A stretch of 32,000 nucleotides of DNA from Copranaerobaculum intestinale (GTDB lineage Bacteria; Bacillota_I; Bacilli_A; Erysipelotrichales; Erysipelotrichaceae): the NCBI RefSeq assembly GCF_009831105.1, contig NZ_WUUQ01000005.1, forward strand, positions 30,001-62,000, given 5' to 3'. The translations under genes and the position numbers were made by a program. This document shows, in pieces, positions 8,254 to 15,366 of this stretch. Every line of letters begins with the position of its first letter. Position 1 is the first letter of the stretch. A model generated the notes under the pieces. The model saw only the letters and a program-made list of their open reading frames with translations, was not told where the DNA came from and searched no databases.

Positions 8254-9872
8254 CATTCTTCACAGACTGGTGTGAAGCGACTTTGTTTCTTACCATTAAT
8301 TTCAATGATTTCATTAAACATAGCAAGCGGTCGAATCCACACACCGCCGTCTCCATACAGCTTTCGATAAACAACATAGTCTTCCAGTGTTTCGCTGTGT
8401 TTGGCAATCATCAGAACTTCATATTCTTTTCCTTTGAAATGACGATAACGTCCGGGCATTGGCAAAGCGGCATTCAGTAAATTGGTATCAACAGAAGCTT
8501 GATCGCCGGATTCTTCATGATTATGCGGCTCTCTTTCCATACATACGAGAATTAAAGAGCGTTTTGCCGGAATTGTAATATGAGCCGTCTGATTTTCAAC
8601 ACTGTATAAGGCATGATCATTTAATTCATCCATCAAAATATTTCCCTGAACATTCCATGCTGCTTCATAGGGCTGATCATTGAGATTGCAGGCTACATAA
8701 ACGACATTATCCTTATAGGTGCGCTTAAAGATAAACTGTTCATTGCGCAGCAGCACTGTTTCATATTCATCACTGCGTAATGCTGACAGCTTCTGATGAA
8801 GCTTGGATAATGCCGCAATATGATCAGCTAGAGAAAGATCATAGGCGGAATTGTGAAGTTCCAAGCATGGTCTTAACAAAGCGTCACTATCCTTGCCTTT
8901 CCATCCTTCTATGCCCCATTCACTGCCGTAATAAATACTTGGAATGCCGGGCATGGTAAACAGCAGCGTATAAACATTGAATAAATCTTGTTTATTTGAT
9001 AGTGCTGAGGCTAATCGATTCACATCGTGATTATCGCTGAAATTATACAGCTTTAAGTGTTTGTAGATACCTTGCGGACCAAACTGCCGATTCATAGAAT
9101 GGGCGATTTCAAAGTAATTGCGGGTGTTGTGGGCGGAATATAATCCTTTATAGCACTCATAGTTGGTAACACTGTCCAGCATTTCTCCATTTGCCCAACG
9201 ATTATAATCACCATGAATAATTTCGCCCATCAGCCAAAAATCAGCTTTTCGGCTTTTGCAGTGCCGCCGCAGCTGTTTAAAGAAATCGAAATCAATGCAG
9301 TTCGCGGCATCTAGCCGCAGCCCGTCAATATCAAAGGTATCGATCCACATCATAATGGTATCCATTAGATAGCTTACGACTTCTGGATTGTTCAGATTTA
9401 GCTTTACCAACTCCCAATGTCCTTCCCAGTTTTCATATACGAACGGATCCTGATAAGGACTGATCTCATGAAAATGCAGGTTATAGAACCAATTACAGTA
9501 GGCAGACTGTTCTTGATGCTTTATAACGTCCTGAAATGCCCAGAAATCCCGACCGACATGATTAAACACTCCATCCAAAACAACTCGGATGCCTTCCTCA
9601 TGAAGCGCTTTGCATACATTTATAAAATCCTCGTTAGTGCCAAGCCGCGGATCGATGGTTCTGAAATCGCTGGTATCATAACCATGAGAGGAAGAAGCAA
9701 ACAGCGGTCCTAGGTAAACAGCGGTTATAGACAGCTCTTTTAGATGAGGTATCCAATCACGAATTTTCAGAATACGATGTTCATTCACATGATTTTCCTG
9801 ACGAAGCTCACATCCGCATAAACCCAGCGGATATATATGATAAAAAACTGCTGAATCAAACCAATTTTCCAT
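8253..9872 (-). CDS. GH13 alpha-amylase-family glycosidase (cyclomaltodextrinase/neopullulanase-like, no signal peptide) with a C-terminal DUF1653 domain
   Basis: GH13 regions I-IV are present: VLDGVFNHVG, GLRLDAANCI, FWLMGEIIHG and NFSDNHDVNR. The C-terminal ~65 aa (GRYRHFKGKEYEVLMIAKHSETLEDYVVYRKLYGDGGVWIRPLAMFNE) match the DUF1653 pattern. A GAAGGAG RBS is present. Confidence 0.9.
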   Translation of the reverse strand: MENWFDSAVFYHIYPLGLCGCELRQENHVNEHRILKIRDWIPHLKELSITAVYLGPLFASSSHGYDTSDFRTIDPRLGTNEDFINVCKALHEEGIRVVLDGVFNHVGRDFWAFQDVIKHQEQSAYCNWFYNLHFHEISPYQDPFVYENWEGHWELVKLNLNNPEVVSYLMDTIMMWIDTFDIDGLRLDAANCIDFDFFKQLRRHCKSRKADFWLMGEIIHGDYNRWANGEMLDSVTNYECYKGLYSAHNTRNYFEIAHSMNRQFGPQGIYKHLKLYNFSDNHDVNRLASALSNKQDLFNVYTLLFTMPGIPSIYYGSEWGIEGWKGKDSDALLRPCLELHNSAYDLSLADHIAALSKLHQKLSALRSDEYETVLLRNEQFIFKRTYKDNVVYVACNLNDQPYEAAWNVQGNILMDELNDHALYSVENQTAHITIPAKRSLILVCMEREPHNHEESGDQASVDTNLLNAALPMPGRYRHFKGKEYEVLMIAKHSETLEDYVVYRKLYGDGGVWIRPLAMFNEIIEINGKKQSRFTPVCEE

Positions 9873-9936
9873 ATTGAATACTCCTTCTGTTATGCTCCTA
9901 GTATAGCATGCTTTCAGGAATAAGTTACATTCCTAG

Positions 9937-9968
9937 TTGACAGATAATATTATACAGCATATAATATT
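9937..9968 (+). promoter_or_regulatory. consensus sigma-A promoter of the padR operon with an overlapping 9-5-9 perfect palindrome (probable PadR operator)
   Basis: TTGACA (9937-9942), a 17-nt spacer, then TATAAT (9960-9965). The arms AATATTATA (9946-9954) and TATAATATT (9960-9968) are exact reverse complements separated by 5 nt. Confidence 0.8.
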
Positions 9969-9987
9969 GTTGAAGAAAGGTGATATT

Positions 9988-10317
9988 ATGACATTTCAGA
10001 TAGGATCCACACTGCTTGACGCATGTGTACTGGCGATTCTTCATCAGGAAGACGCGTATGGATACAAGCTTACTCAGGAAGTAAAGGATGTTCTAAGCGT
10101 CAGTGAATCAACGCTGTATCCGGTGCTGCGCAGGCTTTTGAAGGAAGGCATGCTGGAAACATATGATCAAGAGCATATGGGAAGAAATCGACGCTATTAT
10201 CGTTTGACCGGAAATGGCAAGGATCAATACCAATTTTATGTGAAAGAATGGAAAACGTTTCGGGAAACAATTGATTCACTATTGGAGAAGGAGGATGAAG
10301 CGGATGACACGTTGTGA
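9988..10317 (+). CDS. PadR family transcriptional regulator
   Basis: MTFQIGSTLLDACVLAILHQEDAYGYKLTQEV...STLYPVLRRLLKEGMLE is the canonical PadR wHTH. AAAGGTGA lies upstream of ATG 9988. The track start at 9937 is the promoter -35 box. Confidence 0.9.
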   Translation: MTFQIGSTLLDACVLAILHQEDAYGYKLTQEVKDVLSVSESTLYPVLRRLLKEGMLETYDQEHMGRNRRYYRLTGNGKDQYQFYVKEWKTFRETIDSLLEKEDEADDTL

Positions 10318-10918
10318 ATATATAGTACAGCTGCAGCAGCGGCTGTCCGGTCTGTCTGAAGCAGAAATTGCGGACGCGCTTGCTTACTGCAATGAATATT
10401 TTGATGAAGCAGGCGAGGAAAATGAACAGCAGGCGATCAATGATCTTGGTACACCGGCTAAATTTGCGGCACAATTAAGGGCAGATGCTGTTTTAAAATC
10501 ACAGGATTCAAAAGACGCGCAGGCATGTGCAGATAAGCAAAATAAACATTCATTGAAAAATCTATGGATGTTAATTCTGGGGGTATGTGCATTGCCGATT
10601 GCTTTACCGCTGGGAGCTGCGTTGATTCTTTTGATTTTCTCAATGATGCTTGTTGTATTCTGTGTGATTTTTGCACTTTTCATCGCGATCGTTGGTTTCT
10701 TGGCAGCAGGCGGTGTAAGCTTTGCATCGGGTATCTACAATTTCTCACAGGCTCCTGGTAATTCCTTGATTGCTTTGGGATTGGGCTGTGCTTCAATCGG
10801 GTTATCACTTCTGGGAATCCTTTTGACGATTTATTTATCCCGTAAGGGTATTCCGGAGCTTACCCGCATGGTCAGCCGTCTGTATCAGCGTTTTCGCAGA
10901 AAGGAGACAATGGAATGA
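10304..10918 (+). CDS. DUF1700 (HAAS-type) membrane protein associated with PadR
   Basis: The N-terminus MTRCEYIVQLQQRLSGLSEAEIADALAYCNEYFDEAG is the DUF1700 helical head. It is followed by about 4 TM helices. GGAGG at 10290-10294 is 9 nt from ATG 10304. The gene overlaps the padR stop. Confidence 0.85.
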   Translation: MTRCEYIVQLQQRLSGLSEAEIADALAYCNEYFDEAGEENEQQAINDLGTPAKFAAQLRADAVLKSQDSKDAQACADKQNKHSLKNLWMLILGVCALPIALPLGAALILLIFSMMLVVFCVIFALFIAIVGFLAAGGVSFASGIYNFSQAPGNSLIALGLGCASIGLSLLGILLTIYLSRKGIPELTRMVSRLYQRFRRKETME

Positions 10919-11844
10919 AAAAGTACAAAATCATTGGTATGATCTCTGCAAGTCTGATCACGCTGGGAATCGTGTTAATTTTTGCAGGCTACGCCAACGG
11001 AGGAAGTCTTTACCATAATGCGTTTGGATTTTATTCTAAAAATGGATATTTCTTCGGTATAAATTTTAATGGTGATGTGGAACAGCAGATATCAAAAAAG
11101 ACTAAAACATACACATATAAAAATTTAAACAGCATGGAAATATCCATGGAAATCGGAAAGGTGCAGGTATTGATCGGTGATGATGATACATTCGAGATTG
11201 ACTGCATAAACATTCCTGAAAAGTATATTCACCAGAAACAAAACGGCGGAGCTTTGGAATTTGAAGTAACCTCTGCTCATTTAAATTTCAGCAATCCCAA
11301 ATATCAAATTATCGTAACCATTCCTAAGAATGCAAATTTAACGAATCTGGATATCAGTTCTGATACCGGCAGCATAGAAGCAGATAGTTTGAAAGCAGAG
11401 CATATGGAGCTTTCAAGCGATACCGGAACGATAGAGGTGAAAGCTTTGCAGGCGGCGGCATTATCTTTATCAAACGATACCGGTACTGTTAAAATCGGAT
11501 CCATTCAAGCGAATTCGCTGGATATGGATGTGGATACAGGCAAAGCTGATATCGACAAACTGGATTGTGCGGTTTTAAAAGTAGACAGCGATACCGGAAC
11601 CGTGAAAATAAATGGAATTACTGCGAAACAGATAACGCTGGATAATGACACCGGAAAGATCGAATGTCAGATTATCGGTAAACAGGAATCTTACAGCTAT
11701 GATATTAAGAATGATATAGGTAAAGTAAATTTTGGTTCTCAGCACTTTGGAACGGATTCCAGCGAATCCAACCGTGATCATGGAGCAAATCTCATTACCA
11801 TTTCCAATGATGTTGGTTCAGTTACGGTTCACTTTACAAAGTGA
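10915..11844 (+). CDS. DUF4097 (LiaG-like) beta-repeat protein with an N-terminal TM anchor
   Basis: There is a 4-nt overlap with the upstream gene and an N-terminal TM helix. Repeated SSDTGSIE / SSDTGTIEV / SNDTGTVKI / VDTGKADI / DSDTGTVKI / DNDTGKIE units are typical of DUF4097. Confidence 0.85.
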   Translation: MKKYKIIGMISASLITLGIVLIFAGYANGGSLYHNAFGFYSKNGYFFGINFNGDVEQQISKKTKTYTYKNLNSMEISMEIGKVQVLIGDDDTFEIDCINIPEKYIHQKQNGGALEFEVTSAHLNFSNPKYQIIVTIPKNANLTNLDISSDTGSIEADSLKAEHMELSSDTGTIEVKALQAAALSLSNDTGTVKIGSIQANSLDMDVDTGKADIDKLDCAVLKVDSDTGTVKINGITAKQITLDNDTGKIECQIIGKQESYSYDIKNDIGKVNFGSQHFGTDSSESNRDHGANLITISNDVGSVTVHFTK

Positions 11845-12036
11845 ATGCAGCAAATAGCATAATTTCATAACTATCATAAAATGACTGTGGGACTTATTTC
11901 ATTTTACTGAAAGAGCATACTCAAATAATACGTCAAAAAGAGGACATGTCCTATTTAAACAAATTAAAATTTTCTTACAATCATATCCTTATGCTTGATG
12001 CTTTTATAAACGTAAATTTAAGATATTTCATGAAGT

Positions 12037-12063
12037 AAAAACACTGCTGATTTTCAGCAGTGT
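12037..12063 (-). terminator. Rho-independent terminator of the C39-like peptidase gene (may also act on + strand read-through)
   Basis: ACACTGCTGA (12041-12050), loop TTT, TCAGCAGTGT (12054-12063). On the - strand it is followed by TTTT (the + strand A-run at 12037-12040). On the + strand it is followed by TTCCTGTTTTT. Confidence 0.75.
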
Positions 12064-12072
12064 TTCCTGTTT

Positions 12073-13374
12073 TTATGGCCGTATCGCGACTGCGTAATGG
12101 CGTCGATTATATTCTCTGGCAAAATTCTCACTGGATACGAGGATCTGTCTGCCTCCCCATGGATCGTTCACAATGATATCACCGGTGATTTTATTGTAGC
12201 CAACCATTAACATCACATGCATATTTACCGGGATTTCACCATTCCAGCACCATGCGGTCGGCCAGGCAAAGCCATATGTCGCATAAATGACAACCGGATT
12301 GCCTGCGTTGATTTCAGCCTTCAGCTGTTCAACACTGGAACCGCTTATATTGGCAACTCCGGCATGATATGTTTGGCCGAATGCGGATAAGGCGTCCGGT
12401 GCGATCCAATGTGCGACATTACGCGGATACAGAGTGAAAATATCCAATACAAAACCGGTGTGCGGATCATTTGTCTTTGGCACCGCATTCGCAATATCAC
12501 GCAGCGACATGCCGCGATTGATTCCGAAATGCTGTAACCCCATTAACAGGGACGCTACTTCACAGCCATTATGAACATTGATACTCTGATCGATAAGCGG
12601 CACATTAGGAATTATAACATTGGCGGCCTGAATTGCTTCATTTTCTTTACGCAGCCTTTCTGATTCAGCGAGAGCACGAGCTACTGCCGCTTGGCGCTCA
12701 GCTTCAATTCGCTGCCGCTCCTGTTCTTCCAAGTAATCCAGCTTCTGTTGTATTTCTGTTACTTTCCCCATATAGCCTTCTGCGATATCTCGCTGCGGCA
12801 ATGTCTTCAGTATTTCCTTTAAAGCATTAAAATCATCAGTATTGATATCCTCTTTCACTACGTTATCGGCATAAAAGGATTGAACCAAGGATTCAAGATC
12901 GATTAATGCCTGTCGCTGATGTACGGCAAGATCAAACATTTCCTTTAATACACTTTGAAATCCTGGCTCCAGCTTATTAAATTTGGTTCTCATTGTTTCA
13001 ATATTCTCATCAGTTGTATCACTTTTCAATACCGAATTTGGCAGATAGGACATGATAAGATCGCGAATTTCAAGAAAGGAATCGATATGCCGCAGCCGTT
13101 TCTTATATGTTTGTTTCTTGATGTCATCATTCTCCAACTGGTCAACTGCTTTCTTGGCAGTTTCGACCTTCTGCTTTGTTACATGTAGTTTGATAAGCTT
13201 TTGTTCCTTATCGGTGAAGAGTGAAGCGAATGCTTTCTTTGCGGCCATTTGATGATCTGCTCTTTCTTTTGCTTCTACTTCTTTTATATTTTTGTAAAAG
13301 AAAAAAGCCCCTGTACCGCATACCCCTATACATACTGCCAGACTGATAATCAAAAGAATTTTCTTCTGTTTCAT
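12073..13374 (-). CDS. membrane-anchored protein with a long helical/coiled-coil ectodomain and a C-terminal C39-like (Peptidase_C39_2 / YvpB-like) cysteine peptidase domain
   Basis: Start is MKQKKILLIISLAVCIGVCGTGAFFFY, with a GAGGTGG RBS upstream of ATG 13374. The coiled-coil stretch shows EEQERQRIEAERQAAVARALAESERLRKENE. The peptidase shows catalytic-type NGCEVASLLMG, NMHVMLMVGYN and VNDPWGG. Confidence 0.8.
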   Translation of the reverse strand: MKQKKILLIISLAVCIGVCGTGAFFFYKNIKEVEAKERADHQMAAKKAFASLFTDKEQKLIKLHVTKQKVETAKKAVDQLENDDIKKQTYKKRLRHIDSFLEIRDLIMSYLPNSVLKSDTTDENIETMRTKFNKLEPGFQSVLKEMFDLAVHQRQALIDLESLVQSFYADNVVKEDINTDDFNALKEILKTLPQRDIAEGYMGKVTEIQQKLDYLEEQERQRIEAERQAAVARALAESERLRKENEAIQAANVIIPNVPLIDQSINVHNGCEVASLLMGLQHFGINRGMSLRDIANAVPKTNDPHTGFVLDIFTLYPRNVAHWIAPDALSAFGQTYHAGVANISGSSVEQLKAEINAGNPVVIYATYGFAWPTAWCWNGEIPVNMHVMLMVGYNKITGDIIVNDPWGGRQILVSSENFAREYNRRHYAVAIRP

Positions 13375-13464
13375 ATAATCCACCTCTATTATTATTATGA
13401 TAACATATTTTATTACGTTATAGATGTAAGGTTTTATGAAAACATTAAGACTATTTCGGTGTTT

Positions 13465-13560
13465 AGCGTGCAATGAATGATACTGTAAAACGAATACTAA
13501 AATTTCATATAGTAAAACAGTAGTGCTGTCTAATAAATTTTCAAAAAATCTGAGAATATC
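13465..13560. repeat. left copy of a diverged direct repeat bracketing the AT-rich cassette
   Basis: 13465-13520 aligns without gaps to 15095-15150, with 44 of 56 positions identical by hand count. Similarity continues with gaps (GTGCT..ATAA.TTT..AGAAT) to about 13560/15190. Confidence 0.6.
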
Positions 13561-13640
13561 GGTATGATTACTTAATTGTTATCATTCCAACTCTCATTAA
13601 TTATATACGTTCTCTAATTAACAAAACCTTTAGGCATAAC

Positions 13641-13669
13641 AAGCAAAAGAGGCTGCCATATGAGCCTCT
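13641..13669 (-). terminator. terminator of the two-gene secreted-protein cassette
   Basis: AGAGGCT (13648-13654), an 8-nt loop, AGCCTCT (13663-13669). On the - strand it is followed by TTTGCTTGTT. It lies 31 nt past the stop at 13700. Confidence 0.6.
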
Positions 13670-13699
13670 TATTTCCAATTATAAATCATACTGTTTTTA

Positions 13700-14365
13700 T
13701 CAATACGATACTGTATAGAAAGTGTTCGGGTTTGGATTATATGTATAATAAATTTGTGCATATTCTCCTGTTGAATACGCGAAGACAGAATATGGCTTTC
13801 CACGATAAACTGCCGTTCCAGTTATCGCACCTGTATATTGTGTTTTTAAAGCTTCACTTAAAATTCCAACTCTTCCATCATCATTAAAGGTTTGAAACGT
13901 AATTATACCACCAGTTGCGGGATAAGGTTCCTTTGCAAAGAAACTATATCCGCTGAATCTCCAACCCTTACCACTAAAATAGTTTGATCGATACGTTGTT
14001 CCTTTTTTTATTTCCAACATCTTGGTAGGAGGTGTAGATCCTCTTGCCATAATAAAGCTTGGATTTGTAATAATTTCTTTACCCAATAATTCCTCTTTTA
14101 TTTCACCTACTGTTTTCGCTTTTTCATCAGTTTGACTACTAACAGTTGAAATAATATTGCCTTCCAAATCTAAAATAGTTGCTTCACCGTGAAGATATCC
14201 TCCATTCGGCATTTCTAAAACTAAATCAGAATCATCCAGTTCTTGAAAATAATCTTCTAAGTATGATTTTGTATATATGTTACTAACATCTTTTTCATTT
14301 GCAGATATTTTAATAGGTGTGATTAAGCATAAGAATATAATACTTAGTAAAATTTTTTTACTCAT
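13700..14365 (-). CDS. secreted hypothetical protein (221 aa): shared N-terminal module plus a unique aromatic/Gly-rich C-terminal domain
   Basis: A GAAGGAGA RBS lies 7 nt upstream of ATG 14365. The signal peptide is MSKKILLSIIFLCLITPIKISA. The module YFQELDDSDLVLEMPNGGYLHGEATILDLEGNIISTVSSQTDEKAKTVGEIKEELL is shared with the upstream gene. I recognise no family for the C-terminal ~120 aa. Confidence 0.7.
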   Translation of the reverse strand: MSKKILLSIIFLCLITPIKISANEKDVSNIYTKSYLEDYFQELDDSDLVLEMPNGGYLHGEATILDLEGNIISTVSSQTDEKAKTVGEIKEELLGKEIITNPSFIMARGSTPPTKMLEIKKGTTYRSNYFSGKGWRFSGYSFFAKEPYPATGGIITFQTFNDDGRVGILSEALKTQYTGAITGTAVYRGKPYSVFAYSTGEYAQIYYTYNPNPNTFYTVSY

Positions 14366-14729
14366 AAATTTCTCCTTCACTCAGTAACTCTTTTTTTGTT
14401 TCTTCGACTGTTTTTGCCTTTGGATCTGTTTCGCTATTATAAGTTGAAATTGCATTGCCCTTTGAATCTAAAATTGTTGCTTCACCGTGAAGATATCCTC
14501 CACCAGGTAGTTTAAGAACCTTATCGGAAGGTTTTAAATCCTGAAAGTATTGATTTAAAAATTCTTCACTATAAAACGGATTGCTTTTATCTTCTACGAT
14601 TTTAGTTTTAGCTTTAACATTAATAACATTATTACTAGTATCACCATTCAGAAACTTAATAGACTGAAATAAAGAAGCACAACAAATTATCAACAGAATT
14701 GATGCTGTGAATTTTTTGAACGTTACCAT
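14358..14729 (-). CDS. secreted hypothetical protein (123 aa), a paralogue of the N-terminal module of the downstream gene
   Basis: An AAGGGGG RBS precedes the start. The hydrophobic N-terminus is MVTFKKFTASILLIICCASLF. YFQDLKPSDKVLKLPGGGYLHGEATILDSKGNAISTYNSETDPKAKTVEETKKELL matches the neighbour. The gene overlaps the next gene by 8 nt. Confidence 0.65.
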   Translation of the reverse strand: MVTFKKFTASILLIICCASLFQSIKFLNGDTSNNVINVKAKTKIVEDKSNPFYSEEFLNQYFQDLKPSDKVLKLPGGGYLHGEATILDSKGNAISTYNSETDPKAKTVEETKKELLSEGEIYE

Positions 14730-15094
14730 TATCTAGTTCCCCCTTTCTATGATTTCATTCGATTAATTGAACATATAAATTATAAAATGTAAAAGATTTA
14801 TCCCTCCTTTTCCAATCATTATCAAACGTAATATTCTTGATAATTTGATTATTTATCTCAAATATACTTAAATCATTATCTTATTTATATATTATTTGAA
14901 ACTAAGAATGCTCTACTGATATTTGATTATTAAAATGCATTTATAAATTTTTGTTCTTTTATAATATTAGTATATAAGAGGTGAATTTTATTGTCAAGAA
15001 AATATATATTTTTATTTTAGAAGAGGTTTGAATATATATGAAAGTGTATTATTTGAAGTAAAAGATGACTAAACAGATTATTAACTAGATGTAC

Positions 15095-15190
15095 AGCGTG
15101 CAGTGAACGATACTACAATACAAATTCTGAAACCTCATATAGTAAAAAAACTGTACAATTTGTGCTTGGATAATTTGAAATTAGAATTTG
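15095..15190. repeat. right copy of the diverged direct repeat bracketing the AT-rich cassette
   Basis: See the left copy; the offset is 1630 nt. It contains the conserved TCATATAGTAAAA block (TATAGT at 15138-15143), which could serve as a -10 box for the FN3 gene. Confidence 0.6.
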
Positions 15191-15366
15191 GTTCTCATCA
15201 GATTGAACATATCATATCTATTTTCCATATTTGTATATTAAAACTTATCATTTTTTAAGCACATTCATTTAAATGCCGGTTTTGATTTCCGCTATGCCAA
15301 CACCTGATATTTTATGTCCCATATACTAAAATTGAGACATTGTCTCATTTTGAAAGGAGGATAATC

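Noticed and set aside
9937-9987. The ORF-track N-terminal extension of the PadR gene (MTDNIIQHIILLKKGDI...), starting at TTG 9937.
   Set aside because: The TTG is the first base of a perfect TTGACA -35 box, and the extension spans the -10 box. A proper RBS precedes ATG 9988, which gives a canonical PadR N-terminus.
13375-13473. A 33-codon upstream extension of the C39-like peptidase ORF (MHAKHRNSLNVFIKPYIYNVIKYVIIIIIEVDY).
   Set aside because: It is low-complexity AT-rich read-through with no RBS. GAGGTGG sits in front of ATG 13374, which starts a normal signal-anchor sequence.
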